A stretch of DNA of 64,000 nt from Eledone cirrhosa. Its lineage: Eukaryota. Shown here one piece after another: positions 1 to 15,729 of this stretch (position 1 is its first letter; every line of letters begins with the position of its first letter). The stretch is taken from NCBI GenBank assembly GCA_964016885.1, contig OZ024740.1, positions 189,162,001 through 189,226,000 of the forward strand, read 5' to 3'. Below the pieces are notes generated by a model, which made no database searches, was not told the DNA's origin, and saw nothing but the letters and a program-made list of their open reading frames with translations. The position numbers and the translations under genes are program-made.

Positions 1-2604
1 GGAAAGGAAGTCAGCAAAAGGGTGTTAGGAGGAGATTGATAGGTTAGGGTTGGGGGTCAGGGGTATCATGGGTGTGGTTGTGTGTGTCAGCATGTGGGCA
101 TCTCAGTCTTATATTGTTAGTATGTGCTCACTGATGTGTTCGTGTGTGTGTGAGAGTTATTTGTTTTTTTGGTGCCTGTGTGTGCGTTTGAGTTAGTGTG
201 TCGTTTTTTTATACTTCTATGTATGTGAGTGTGTATGTGTGTCTGCACAATTTCACGTGTGTGTTGGATAAGTGTGTATATGTGTGTCTCTGCGTGTGTT
301 GGTGACGTATTATCTGTATTATCTGAAGATTTTGTGTGCATGTATTTACATTTCGGTATGTCTGTGTGTGTGTCTGTATGTATGGGACATTTTTCTATTT
401 ATATGTATGTGAGTGTCTACGTTTGTGTGTGTGTGTGTATAGATCTGTATCAGTCTCTCTTCTTCTCTCATGTATATGTATATATCATGCATAATGTATG
501 TGAGGAGACGTGTAGACAGATGGATCTATACTGGAACAGAAACATAGTTGATGAAGATGATGTTAAGGATTAGATTCTATCGCATCTTTTTGACGGCAAT
601 CAGAACAGGCTTCAAAATATAATCATATTCAAATTTATTCAAGTGTATACGATTTTCTTTTCTTCATACGAAAGCCTATTGGATAGTATATATATGTTTG
701 GTTGCGCATTACACATGCTGATTGCAATTCTCTACTGCAACATAATACTGGTAAATAAATGCAGTACGTGTCGCCATCTAAGTCGACAACTTTAAGCCTT
801 CTAGTCATATTTCAAGTCATTTCTAAGTTATTACTACTATTTAATCGGCTGTTAAATTGATTTCTAAACATTTGAAGGAGTGTAATAATCAGTTAGATGA
901 ATCTCAGTACTTGATTGGTGCTTATTCTATTGAATGAGAAAAAAAAGTCAACATATCTAATAAATTTGAGCATAAAGTTATGCGAAGAGACGCAACTGAT
1001 TTTTTTTGTATTAAGTTGATTTTTAATTCTAGCTTAAGATCACATATAATTGTGGTATTGACATCAGCGTTTCTTGACCATTTTAAAAACCTGACGGCGC
1101 CCATCTCATTCCAGATCTGAATACAGCAGATTTCTTCCATAGAAGGATAGGGACTGAGAGAGTGGAAGTGTGAAAGATATATAGAGGAACCATCGACTCC
1201 AGTACTATTTTATCAGCCTTGAATGGATGAAAGTCAATGTTGACCTCCATATATAATATTATCAGCCGTACTGATACTTACTTTTTTTTATAAAAAGCTT
1301 CACGTATTCATACCTCTTTATTTTTTCATGCATAGTATAACTAGAACTATATTATCCATTGAGTCACTCGTTTAGTTTTAAAAATAATGCTGCTTGATAT
1401 GAGCGATATTTGATTGCTATTTCTTAGGTTGATTCATTAACTATGTCTTTACATTTTGATATCAGTTCCAATAAAACAATGGCAGTAATACAATAATAGA
1501 AATGTTTCTAGTGGCTTAGTTCGGTCAATGTCATTAATTCATAGGATCTGAACTCGACTATAAAAATGTTTTTGCCGGAGTAAGGGCAGCCCCTAATACA
1601 TTTTACTTTTTCAGCGACTCCGAGACTCGAAGTGAGAATTGAGGAAGTTACTATTAAACTAAAGAGCTTGCTTGAATGCTTACACCCGAGTAAGCCCTGC
1701 TAATGGCTGTATTAAACTGGACAATGCAATAAGTTTACCAAAGAAGTAAAAAGATGGAGCAGTATAACTATCCCAAAGCATACCGCCATTGGCTCTAACG
1801 ATTCCGTCACTTCATCATCCTAGATCGACACTTTATTTATCGTCACCAAAAGTGCGCAAGGCAAAAGTTGGTCGTAGTGGGATATAAGCCGGAACACCGT
1901 ATCTGCCAAATCACTGCAAATATATTTAGATATTCTTTCTTCTGGTTGAGGTTCCAGTGAAGAATAACCGTAGTAGACGGCTTTCCAATAGCTTAGTTTC
2001 TACAGTGTTGGGATTTTATCTTAAAACTCTAATCAATTGAATCAGCTCAGTGCAATATGTGAACATCCAATTTACGTGATGGAAACCTCATCTCAGAAAA
2101 ATCTCTCTACATTTAAAAAAAAAAACAAGAAAGAAAAAGTGCCTATGTAGTTTCTTAGTGCATAATTCACGATGAGAAAAACGATAGGATTATGATAGCT
2201 GGAATGCCTTCGATAGTTTACTCGTTTAACGCTGAGCTAGGTAAAAATAATAAAGGGAACACATTTTGTCAAGAACACATTAAGTGTAAAGTTTACTAGA
2301 CAAATTCTATCTTTAATCTTAATGTCTTAGTGCCCGGTCATATCATGTTAGACTGTGTTGGACTATCTTCCTGCACACGCAATTCTCTCCGTCTCTCTGT
2401 ATCTCTCTCTCTTTCTATCGCTCCTTCTCTCTCACTCATCCACTAATTTATTTATCAGACGATCTACCTACAAACGATTTGAAGACACACACACCCACAC
2501 ACACACGTTTGTGTATACAAACAAAGGGAAAAGTACTTAATTGATGTTGTTGAATGTCTGTGTGTACAAACCACCGTTAATATGTATGTACGTATAAACT
2601 CACC

Positions 2605-2643
<39 letters not shown>

Positions 2644-2976
2644 GCACACACACATACACACATATATATATATATACATATATATACGTACAAGCACATG
2701 CATGTGCACTCACGCACAGACAAACATGCACACAAAGAAAGACATGAACTGTAACCTCAAATTTCCAGAACCTAATTGCATAATAACAAAACGTTATCCC
2801 ATTATGCCCCCCCCCCAAAAAAAAAACCCATTGATAATAATAACAATAATAATAATGATATTAACAATGAATTTTCTTTCCTATCATGCTATTAGATTTT
2901 CCTCCCATGTCTGTTTGTTTGCTCAGCATATAAAAGTGCATTGAGGACATCTGTTAACAATAATGACTCGTATTTG

Positions 2977-3052
<76 letters not shown>

Positions 3053-3158
3053 TATACACACACACATACACACACACACTTACCCACACACTGACTGCGC
3101 GGACGCAGGTACAGGCACACACACACATATATATGTGTATATATATATATATATATAT

Positions 3159-3445
3159 TAGAAAGTGAGGGTTTTTTTTTTACAAAATGAAAAATAACCG
3201 AGGTGTCCTACACGAGTGAAAGTATAAAGAAAAAGAGATGAAATCGAAAATGCAACTGGAGTCTTATTTTTTTAAAAAAATATATATATTTATTTGGTTC
3301 CTTTACCGGTTTCGCAGTTCTTCTGCTTTTCAAAAGGTGAGTTGAAAAGCAGAAGAACTGCGAAACCGGTAAAGGAACCAAATAAATATATATATTTAAA
3401 AAAAAAAATAAGACTCCAGTTGCATTTTCGATTTCATCTCTTTTT

Positions 3446-3452
<7 letters not shown>
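3159..3452 (-). mobile_element. Fold-back element in (TA)n with hammerhead ribozyme (Penelope-like remnant)
   Basis: Inverted arms 3223-3333 and 3342-3452, unpaired tail 3159-3222, (TA)n on both sides. Confidence 0.8.
3300..3337 (-). ncRNA. Minimal type I hammerhead ribozyme, U3-A8 core variant
   Basis: CCUU-UUGAAAA-GCAG aagaa CUGC-GAAA-CCGG-UA-AAGG: stem I CCUU/AAGG, palindromic stem III ACCGGU. Confidence 0.8.
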
Positions 3453-3485
<33 letters not shown>

Positions 3486-4880
3486 CCATATATTTCTCCG
3501 ACGGCATTGGCAACAGTCAGCTTTCGGTGGTTGCAAGAGTCAGCCAGCACCACAAAACCACCTGAGCAACTCAGCTGCTCGTTTCTTTCTACGTCCAGTT
3601 GGAACAATGGTGCAGTTAATTCCTCTATGTTGTATGTACATTGAATTTGATTCACTAATGACATGATACAATATATAACAAACAATATACCGTAATATAA
3701 TGGAAATAATATAATTGATTATATAGCTTTCCAAAAGCAGTGGAAAGAAAAATAGATGCATATATATATAAGAAAATTAATATAATAGTGGTTAACAAAA
3801 AGCAAACAAATATAGAAACTAGTCTTCTGGAAATCTACAACAGATAAATGATACGCTTACACACACACACACGCACACACACCACACACACACACACACA
3901 CGCACACACACACACACACGCACACATACACACACACACGCAGACACATACACACACACACCAACTTTAAGAAATCTATTGAGGAACATTTTGGAGAACA
4001 TGATAATGACTTTAACAACACACAAATATGTGTATGTGTGTGTATGTGTGTGTGAAAAGAAAGTTAACATAAATAATGGAGCAAATGACAAAGTACAATA
4101 AAGAAATGTTAGTTTAACGCTGGAAAAATATGGAAAAGAGTCATAACGTTTCGGACACTAGACCTTCATCATAAGATAGAATGAGAAATAAAAAATGAAA
4201 TAGAAAGATAGAAAGTAAGAAGAGGAAAGAACATGTATTTATTTTATCGATCTCGTTTTTTGTTGAGTCTGACCAGGGCAGAGTCGTGTTATAGCAATAT
4301 TTCCTGGGAGTACTAGCGCTTTGTTTCAGGTCAGCCTGTATTTTTCAATCGTTTGCTTCTTGCAGAAGTCTGGGAAACCAACGTTTCTTTCCCCACTTTC
4401 TTGTGTTGTTCTTTTTCACCTTCCTCTTTGACAGTAAAAAGATTCAGCCTTGCATTGATTTTAACAATATTGAAATGGTTTTGTAATGTATTAACGAGGA
4501 CACCCAGGACTGGATTATACCGGCATGTGTATTCTGCCAAGATTAGCTGGCATGCTGCTTAAACGTGTTCCAATGATACGTAACCTTTTCACCAATGACC
4601 ATCAGTGTCACTCCATCGTCACAGTTCGCTGGATGATGGGAGCACATCATACTCTGCTCTCAAGAGGAATTGCAACCTGGTCGACTCCGTTCCCCTCACC
4701 AGTTCTACAATACTCTCCTTTGTTTAACAGTCTCTCATGCTGTCTAAGTACATTCTCCGAAACCCTATTGTCTTGGTTGGTCGCGCTATGCTTTTCCTCA
4801 ATGTGGCAAATTTCGATATTTGTGTGTGTGTGTGCATGTGCGTATACACACCCACACATATATGTGTATATAAAAATGTA

Positions 4881-4953
<73 letters not shown>

Positions 4954-5199
4954 TACATGCACAGAAACACACGCACATCTACTGTACAGTGTGTCTGTGT
5001 GCGCGCCTATACGTTGACTGCTCGCTTCTATACGATGTCTTCAGTGTTAGCTGTAAAATCGAAAAATAACCAAGACAGTAATTTTATCTAAAGATCTTTT
5101 CGCCCACACGTTTACTGATGGTGTGCGGCAAATAAAGTTGCCAAAATTTGAACAGTCCAGTAGAGAGAGATATATACACACACACACTGTCTCATATAT

Positions 5200-5266
<67 letters not shown>

Positions 5267-5411
5267 TGCATGTGTGTGTCTGTCCATGTATGTATGTATT
5301 ATAACTTTTCAAGTCGATCTTTATTTTTATCGTCTTGCTAAATTACTGCACACGCACACGCACGCACACACGCCCCCCCCCCCCACACATATATATATAT
5401 AATATAGAAAT

Positions 5412-5463
5412 GGCTTCTACTGAATTAGAACTGTTTCATTCAAAAGAAATCATCAGGAAAGCC
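5412..5463 (-). ncRNA. Type I hammerhead ribozyme
   Basis: GGCUUUC-CUGAUGA-UUUC uuuu GAAU-GAAA-C...G-UA-GAAGCC. Same family as 10640-10692, 22182-22230 and the 37180-37300 element. Confidence 0.7.
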
Positions 5464-5572
5464 CACTGGCCTTGTAAAACGGTTGTATTTATGTTTTCTG
5501 GTGGTTGGGTGAAGGTGGTACACACACTTATATGTGAGTTCGTTTTATGAAATAATGGTTTCTTATGAAAAA

Positions 5573-5750
5573 TTGTTTCTACTTTTGGCACAAGGCCAGT
5601 AATTATCCCAGTGTATTACTGGTTCTTTATTTTATCGACCCCGAATGGATGAAAGGCAAAGTTAACCTCGGCGGGATTTGAACTCAGATCATAAAGGGCC
5701 GTAACTCTATACTGCTAAGCATGGCGTCTGACTCTCGACCGATACTGCCC
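5573..5750 (-). mobile_element. tRNA-derived SINE (family 1)
   Basis: Minus strand has an A-box-like GGCAGTATCGG, B box GAGTTCAAATCC, core gcctttcatcc..ggggtcgataaa and end gccttgtgccaaaagtagaaacaatt. Multiple copies in the window. Confidence 0.85.
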
Positions 5751-6023
5751 ATGATAGAGATAACGTATACATTTTAATACACAGTATTAATAATACCCTA
5801 AACACACTGCTTGTCTCTTAGACAGACAGGTACACACGCAAGCCATCATTATCATGCATTATAGTAATGTCAATACGTTGTAGGATATCCTATAAGGATA
5901 CCAATAACTATCCATTATCGATATCCTGACAAAAATATATTGAACATTTTGTTTGCTTTCCGAATTGACAAATTATATATGTATACTTGTATGTATATGC
6001 ATGTGCCATATGCATATATAAGA

Positions 6024-6190
6024 ATGTTTCTACTTTTCGCACAAGGCCAGCAATTACCCAGTGCGTCATTGGTTCTTTATTTCATCGACCGCGTACGGAT
6101 GAAAGGCAAAGTTAACCTCGACGGGATTTGAAGTCAGACCGTAACTCTATGCGTCAAAGCATGGCGTCCGACCCTCTACCGATACTGCCA
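6024..6190 (-). mobile_element. SINE family 1 copy
   Basis: Aligns by eye to 5573-5750. Confidence 0.85.
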
Positions 6191-6202
6191 ATAATATGTT
6201 TG

Positions 6203-6257
<55 letters not shown>

Positions 6258-7180
6258 CATGTGCAGTGGTGGATTAATGGGTAGGCTGACTGTGCGGCAG
6301 CCAAATCCCCCTCCCTCAAAAATTAAAGGGCTCAACATTGTTTTTGCTACCATGAATAAGAAGTATGTAGCCCAGATGAATGTGCCAGTCAGGGGCTGCT
6401 TGTATGCCTAGTTCGCATCTGATAGTGTTTGTGTGTCCCCTTTATGTTGTTTGCTTGTGTATCTGTTATGTTGTTAGCTTGTCTGTCTGGGATGCAATTC
6501 TAAATTTCTCTCCTGGCCTTCATTCAATTCATACACCACATGCACAAACTTCGTAGATGTAGTTAAATAGTGTTTATATTCGCGCCTATACTTACACTCA
6601 CACAAAACATACACAAATAGATATGTGTGTGTGTGTGTATGTGAAAGTAAGAGTTGGAGGAAGAACGGGGTTGCATGTTCAGAAAGAGGTGTGTGTTGAG
6701 TGGGGTGTAGGTCGTAGTGTGTGTGTGTGCGTGTGTGGATGGGGAGGTGTCAGAGGGGTGGGGGGAGAGGATTCCGGAGGCTGAGTGTGTAAATATGTGG
6801 TGGTACGCACGTGTGTGTGTGGTGTTTATGCGTGTTGTGGATGTAGGTGGCGTGTGGGAAAACATTTTTTTTTAGTGTATGTCAGTGGGTGAGTCCTTAA
6901 GGTAGTTCCGTAGAGGATGTGGTGGAATGCTGGGTAATATCCTTGGGATGTTGTGGATTCTAGGGATCGATGTTCACATATATATATATATAATGAGTTA
7001 ACGGACCCAGCATGTTTATCAATGACAGGACCGGTTGTATCTTAGCGTACTCAATAGGTAATGTAGGATACATTCCCAGAGTATACACATAGTTATTCGC
7101 TTCAATACAACACACGTAAAACGGGTGCCTATAATAGTTCCCGGACTCGAGTTTCGGCCACACTTAATGCAGCAGTATAT

Positions 7181-7356
7181 ATACCGTATTTCCCGGCGCC
7201 GAAGACGCTTCGTCCTTGAGGACGCACTCTAATTTTGACAACCAAAAATTTGAAAAAATTAAAAAATAAAATAAACAACCATCGGCCTCCAGGACGCATG
7301 GTAGATTTTTGAGACTTATTTTAGCAAAAAGGTAACGTCTTGAGATGATAAACATA
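7181..7356. mobile_element. Tc2/pogo-like DNA transposon end or MITE
   Basis: TA-ccgtatttcccggcgccgaagacgc start, internal gacgca repeats, degenerate right end. Confidence 0.45.
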
Positions 7357-7642
7357 GATTTGTTATTTCTACATTGTGTCACATGTAGTCAAGAAGTACT
7401 CCAAATTAACCTTACACTCGTTTAGTTCATAGAGAAATGAAAATATATTATGCACCCGGTCCTCATCTCGAAACAGCCCTATTCGTTTTAACACACATGC
7501 ACGCGCGCACACACAGACACGCTCAAAATCTTAAGTCTTAACTTTTTCATTTTGGTTATTCGTTCAATGGCAATATGGGTCCATTTGCCGATGTCGTATT
7601 CTACGTTTGGTATTAAACTATAGACGGTGTCTTTATTATTAA

Positions 7643-7835
7643 AGGCGGTGGATTGGTAGTATTGGGAGTGGGTCGAACACCATGCTTTGATGCATAGAAT
7701 TACGGCCCTTTCCAATCTGAGTTCAAATCCCGCCGAGGTTAACTTTGCCTTTCATCCTTACGGCGTCGATGAAATAAAGTACCAGTAATACACTGAGATA
7801 ATTGCTGGCCTTGTGCCAAAAGTAGAAACAATTAT
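7643..7835 (+). mobile_element. SINE family 1 copy
   Basis: ggcggtggattggtagtattgg...ctgagttcaaatcccgccgaggttaactttgcctttcatcc...gccttgtgccaaaagtagaaacaattatt. Confidence 0.85.
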
Positions 7836-8053
7836 TAATATATATATATCGAAGAGAGAAATAGATAGATAGAGAGAGAGACTGTGGTGTTGAGATTTGG
7901 GAGACAACGAATTATGAAAAGGGCTTGATTATTACAAGGCGAAACCGCTTGGCGTGGCGTTCGAGTTTATATCCCCTTCTCTCTCTTTTTCTCGCAATAT
8001 ATATATATATAAAAATGGCGTAGACATACAATACAACAGGAGGAAAATATAGC

Positions 8054-8095
8054 ACCACTGACGATGTTGCAGATGTGCAACGAAAGATTTATGAT
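8054..8095 (+). ncRNA. Hammerhead ribozyme core with weak stem I
   Basis: CUGACGA-U-GUUGCA gaug UGCAAC-GAAA-GAUU-UA. Context parallels the 61841 ribozyme. Confidence 0.6.
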
Positions 8096-8271
8096 AAACT
8101 ATATATATATGTGTTTGTGTCTATATTGTATCTGTATTATTTTTGACCGCCGGTCAGTCAATGGCAACATTGAGGACCGAGTAAGTTAGATTACCGAATA
8201 AAAGACACAGAAGCGAGAAGCGAAAACCAACCAAACAGTGAGTGTGTTCTGTTATTAATTCTGGCAATATT

Positions 8272-8352
<81 letters not shown>

Positions 8353-8781
8353 TATAGAGAGAGAGAGAGATAGATACATACACCTATACACACAATGGTG
8401 ATAGTATTGATTTTTTTTCAATCTAGTTGGCAGGTTGGCAGTATCAGTGACGGCCCGGATTAGCATTCTAAGGCTATTTACTATGTACAGCCATCTCGGA
8501 ATATGTGTTCGAATCCCACCGGTATTCAGCTAAATTTACATGTAATGATCTGATGGAAGTAACTCCGAGGAGGAAGTAAAGTGGGATTTGAAGTGGAAAC
8601 ATAACAAAAAAACATGTTCTTAGACACCCAACTCTTCCATTAAATCACGGTTGGTTTATCATATCAATTCACAAAACGCTGCACATAATTTTCAACAAGT
8701 AGCGTATAGTGTTAGAAAGCAGCCTGGTATATATATATATATATGTAAATAAATAAATATTTATAAATATATATATATATT

Positions 8782-8847
<66 letters not shown>

Positions 8848-9116
8848 AATATATATACATATTTAGATATATTTATTTATTTACATATATATATATTTTT
8901 ATATACATATGTATGTGTGTGTATGTATGTATGTATATATATATATATGTATGTGTGTGTGTATGTATATATATATATATATGTATGTGTGTGCGCACAA
9001 ACACATACACGGATAGATTTGTTTCCGTTTGTTGTCTTGTCCCCCTTTTGTTAATTTTCTTAAGTATATCAACTAATGTGACGTACGTGTTACTTCGCCC
9101 ATTTATTGAAATGGCT

Positions 9117-9645
<529 letters not shown>

Positions 9646-9731
9646 TGGCAACATGACCCTCCCAAAGTATAACAATATAATTTTTATATATATATATATT
9701 TATATATATATATATAGTAATAATAATAAAT

Positions 9732-9916
9732 TTGAAGACTAAAATCCAAAGAGGGCTCGATAAGGATAAGTATATATCAAATATATGAGAACCGTAGAGC
9801 AAATATTTATTAAAATAACAGATTAAATTTAAGCAAAGAATCACTGCTTTTACCCTTCACGGGATCTTCTGAACAGCGATTCTTTGCTTAAACTTTAATC
9901 TGTTATTTTAATAAAT
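9732..9916 (-). mobile_element. Fold-back element in (TA)n; related partial copies at 24864-24990 and ~35680-35720
   Basis: Arms ~9804-9846 and 9874-9916. The tail carries a GCUC..UC-GAGC stem. The loop is a degenerate hammerhead-like CAGAAGAUCCC..GGGUAAAA. Confidence 0.72.
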
Positions 9917-10046
9917 AAATATATATATATATCTTTGTTTGTTTACACTCTCGCTGTCCCCTATATTTACGTGTCCCAACGACAGTTTTTAGCCGTTGCT
10001 CGCACCAACCGGAGGTATATGGTCTTTAAAGCGAAGGACCACTTTA

Positions 10047-10092
<46 letters not shown>

Positions 10093-10140
10093 TATATATA
10101 TATATTTATATATATATATTTATATATATATATTTATATT

Positions 10141-10178
<38 letters not shown>

Positions 10179-10300
10179 CATATTTATATATATATATATT
10201 TATTTATATATATATATATTTATTTATATATATATTTATTTATTTATATATATATATATATATTTATTTATATATATATATTTATTTATATATATATATT

Positions 10301-10334
<34 letters not shown>

Positions 10335-10335
10335 C

Positions 10336-10389
<54 letters not shown>

Positions 10390-10419
10390 CATATTTATAT
10401 ATATATATATATATATAAA

Positions 10420-10465
<46 letters not shown>

Positions 10466-10528
10466 TATATATATATATATATATATAATTATATAACGAA
10501 GGAAATGTGGTAAGGAACCAGGTGGACC

Positions 10529-10559
<31 letters not shown>

Positions 10560-10639
10560 TATATATATATATATATATAATTATATATATATATATACAT
10601 ATAATTATATATATATACATATATAATTATAATATAGAT

Positions 10640-10692
10640 GAGATTCTACAGGACTAGATGTGTTTCATTCATTAGAAATCATCAGGAATCTC
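10640..10692 (-). ncRNA. Type I hammerhead ribozyme isolated within (TA)n
   Basis: GAGAUUC-CUGAUGA-UUUC uaau GAAU-GAAA-CA...UG-UA-GAAUCUC: 7-bp stem I, GUA cleavage triplet. Confidence 0.8.
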
Positions 10693-10728
<36 letters not shown>

Positions 10729-11151
10729 CTCAAGAATAAATGAACTGCGTTTGCATCTGTGTCTGTGTGTATGTTACATATAACTACTTGAGACTTGAGT
10801 GCTATTTGCAAGTGCGTTTGACAATACCTCCCTCACGGTCTCTTTCTATCAGTTTCTGAGGCCTTGGAATCGTTTAATTACCCTGCTCTTACTTCAGTTA
10901 ATAAACAAAAGAAAAGTATAGTATAGCCTGGCGACTCTGCCCTTAGTAAGAATTTTTTACGCTGGTACGCATCCACAAAGTTTGTGGGGGACGTGTAATC
11001 CACTTAAGTACTATCAAGTCCGGACTTACACCTGCCGAGGCCCTAACGTATACGAAATTTAACGCCCTTCTCTAAAACAAATTAGTGTATTTTTTTAAAA
11101 ATAATCATACATGATTATTTTTTATATTAATGTTATTGATAAAGAATAAAT

Positions 11152-11237
<86 letters not shown>

Positions 11238-11398
11238 AGAGAGAGAGAGAGATTTGTAAAATCCCGACCGCGGTGCTAAGCGGGTCTGGCTTGTAGTCTC
11301 GGCAGTCTCAGCATCGCATACTCTACACACATACATGCACACACACACACATATATGTATATGTAATTTTTGATTTAGTGTTAAAGAATGATAAAATA

Positions 11399-11445
<47 letters not shown>

Positions 11446-13174
11446 CAAATTAGGCCCCCGTGGATGTGTGGTCCTAAGCTATATTTCGGCGAAATTCGAA
11501 CTCTGCACGCTGAGAGACAATACTATGTAGTATTAGTTATTTTGTCTTTGTATTTTCTGCCATTAGACATTTTAAAAAACAAAGTGAAGACCAGTGAGAT
11601 TTGAATTCAGAACCTTAAGGCTTGAAGTAAATACACTAAGACCTCGATCTGAATCGTTACTTCTGCCACTTCGTTAGCCTTATTGAGAAGAGGAATTCTT
11701 GAGAATTAAATTAAAGTCACTGGAAAAGGATCCCTGAATGAAATTTTATTGGCTTGTAGAAGATTTCTTTTTTCGGAGCGCCTTCTGCCCAGAATGTTAG
11801 CCTTTAATATATGCAAATATTTTCTGATATCCCAAAGAATTCCCGGGCTCGGGTATGATGTATTCCCCATACCCACGTCTCTTGTGGGCCTTGCATTGCG
11901 ATTATCACTTTGATCAAATCGAACCCCCAAAGGAGTCGTTCGATCTGCTATAAAAACTAGCAGCCGGAGTTTTACCCCTTAGAAACTTAAGAGACATTCT
12001 AAAATAATGTGGTTCTTAATGTAGTATGTCTGTGGAAAGTAGTGGATGGTTGTTGCTGATATTCTTGGATTATAAGTTTGCCTGCTCAATTGGGGCTGAC
12101 ATAGGTTTACACAACAAAAATACTTTATAGCGATGTAATTCTTTTTAAATCGGTAACATTTTTAGATAACAGCAATGACATACATATTGTGGAAAGGTGA
12201 ATTTAGGCAATTTGACCTCAAATACTTGACTACTATTTTATTTTATCGACTCCACGGAATGATGAAATGAAAGGCAAATTCAACTTTGACAGGATTTGAA
12301 CATAGATATTTAAAGAGCCGGTGATACAAATGAATACCGCAAATCCAACCCTCAGCCGGTTGTACCAAAACAAATATCTTAGCATGTGTATGATGCTTAG
12401 GAATGATTTAGGTTGGATGGACATAGGGGTGGAGAAGAAAACTGGAAAGTGATTTTGATAAATTTCTCCAAAAAGAAAATAGTAAAAAAAAAACCCCCAA
12501 AAAACATCGTGAAATGGTAACAACATCATCATTATCATCATCAATAAGCGGTAGATGTTTAAGCATTTTTTCTCCTCTTAATGCGAATTTCTTCGGTATT
12601 GTAGTCTTTCTTGTATAGTTTCCATCTCAGCAGACTTTCCATTCTTGGAGTGTGCATAGAGCGCCTGTGTATGTGTGTAGTATACGTTCTCGCTTGGCTA
12701 CTTTCTGCAGACGCGCTTGGCTTGCATGTGCACTCTTTCTTATCCTCTTTCTCTCCCTCTCTCCCTCACATACATGTACTCTCTCTTCTCTTCCTGTCTC
12801 TTTCTCTTTCATATTTGCTCATATACTTTCTCAGTTCCTTTTCCATTCACTTCTCCCCTCCCTCTCTCTGTCTCTCTCTCTGTCCCCCTCCTTACCCCTC
12901 CCCCTTCACACATACACACTACAGTTGTCGGGCAATCTAGAGATTCCTCATCGCCAAAAATAAGAGTTACTGCTGCTACTAGTACCACTACTGCTGTTGC
13001 TACTACTGCTACATCTGCTGCAACTCTAAAGATTTGGACAGCTGCTGTTGCTGCTGCTGCAGCAATTGGCACCACTTTCACCGCTGTTTTGGTCTGGCTG
13101 CAATAAAATGTGTCATCTGTATGTATCTACAAGTGTATTTCTATATGTGTATATGTATGTACGTGTGTTTGTCA

Positions 13175-13220
<46 letters not shown>

Positions 13221-14020
13221 TTACGCGTTGTTTAGTGTGTGTGTAAATATGTGTAGTCAATGCTACTACTGTTGTTGCTGTTGCTGTTTAGCCCCAGGTA
13301 TATGTTGATCGTTCAACCATGACCACCCTGCGTTTTAGTTGTATGTAGGACCCCATTATATTGTTTAGGAAGGGATTCATACTTAAGATGGTCAAATGTG
13401 ATTTGAGGCAAATTTAGCTGCTATTTCTAGAAGCTCCCATGCTAATTGTTTCACGATATAGTTGAATGATAAGACATTATATATAAACAAATGTTAAGAT
13501 AAAATTTGGTGGAAGACCACTGCAGTAGCGGCGAAAGGAGGAGAATGAAAGTGGCTTCTATATAATTACTGGTCTTGCTAAAGATAGCAACCAAATCTCC
13601 CTGAAATCATTCACACTCTAGCAAAGGACACATTGTAAAATGCGGTACAGGGTGCTCTACATATAAAGGAGAGTGAGGCAATGACGGAATGATTACGGGT
13701 AAAATGTTTGATCATAGGTCTGTTCATTTTGAGACAGCCAGGGGCTAAAGAAGAAAAAAAGAACAATAACAACAAAAGAAAGGTCGGGCTGGGAGGTGGG
13801 GGGGGGGGGGGGGGGGGGCGAAGAGGAAAAGAACTACAGATATTAGCCAGAAATATTAACATGGGTTAGAGGCACTCACAGACTACTTGACTGGTCCCTA
13901 TTTTGAGGATTCGGAACAAGGAAAATAATTGGATATATGTATACTGTGTATATATATATATAACTCGTCCTATGGACTGAGTACTCTTACCCTTGGATAT
14001 TTCTACCAAACTTTTATGCA

Positions 14021-14056
<36 letters not shown>

Positions 14057-14185
14057 TTATGTAATAAACAACATAAGGCAATTATTTCATTTACCAGTGG
14101 TTTCTTAAAAGCAAACAAATTTTGCTTTCAATGATCAGGATGAAAAAATCCTGGTGTTTTTATTGGCGTTGGATTTTAAAAACAC

Positions 14186-14206
14186 ATATGTATATATATA
14201 TATATA

Positions 14207-14272
<66 letters not shown>

Positions 14273-14294
14273 TATATGTATATATATATATGTA

Positions 14295-14338
<44 letters not shown>

Positions 14339-14360
14339 TATATGTATATATATATATGTA

Positions 14361-14413
<53 letters not shown>

Positions 14414-14480
14414 GAATATATGTATATATATATATGTATATATGTATATATATATATATGTATATATATATGTATATATG

Positions 14481-14555
<75 letters not shown>

Positions 14556-14582
14556 GTATATATGTATATATATGTATATATG

Positions 14583-14661
<79 letters not shown>

Positions 14662-14684
14662 ATATATATATATATATATGTATG

Positions 14685-14718
<34 letters not shown>

Positions 14719-14792
14719 TATGTATGTATATATATATATATGTATGTATATATATATATATATGTATGTATATATATATATATGTATGTATG

Positions 14793-14849
<57 letters not shown>

Positions 14850-15088
14850 GTATATATATATGTATGTATATATATATATGTATATATATATGTATATATA
14901 TATATATGTATATATATATGTATATATATATATATGTATATATATATATGTATATATATATATATGTATATATATATGTATATATATATATGTATATATA
15001 TATGTATATATATATATATGTATATATATATGTATATATATATATATGTATATATATATGTATATATATATATATGTATATATATATG

Positions 15089-15121
<33 letters not shown>

Positions 15122-15130
15122 GTATATGTA

Positions 15131-15181
<51 letters not shown>
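14186..15181. repeat. ~1-kb interrupted (TA)n array
   Basis: Direct reading. Confidence 0.97.
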
Positions 15182-15330
15182 CACTATTACATGACTGGCC
15201 CTTAATTTTATCACCTTCGCCCCTTCTCCACCTCCCGTCGGAAGCTTGAAACATTAAAGTCGACCCAATGAAAGATTTGCTCGGAGAACCTTAAGGAAAC
15301 ATGACAAAAATGCTTTCAAGGACTAATATA

Positions 15331-15383
<53 letters not shown>

Positions 15384-15446
15384 TGTCTGTAACATTGCCG
15401 ATTTTGTCAATCTACCCTCGACATGTTTTATAACAACAACAAAAAG

Positions 15447-15498
<52 letters not shown>

Positions 15499-15660
15499 AT
15501 ATTGCTATAGGAGCAACATTTGATAAGGGTGGGAATGAGGGACACAGCGTTAGAAACAACGTGTCAAGAAGTTAAACGAAAGGAAAAACGAAAATAAGAC
15601 ATAAAATGCGTCAAATTAGAGAGAGAGAGAAAGAGAGGTTGTGTGTGTGTGTGTGTGTGT

Positions 15661-15729
<69 letters not shown>

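Noticed and set aside
4320-4820. Complex-sequence block that could be an exon or RT fragment (similarly 38148-38388)
   Set aside because: No recognisable motif or supported splice structure. A translated search would be needed.
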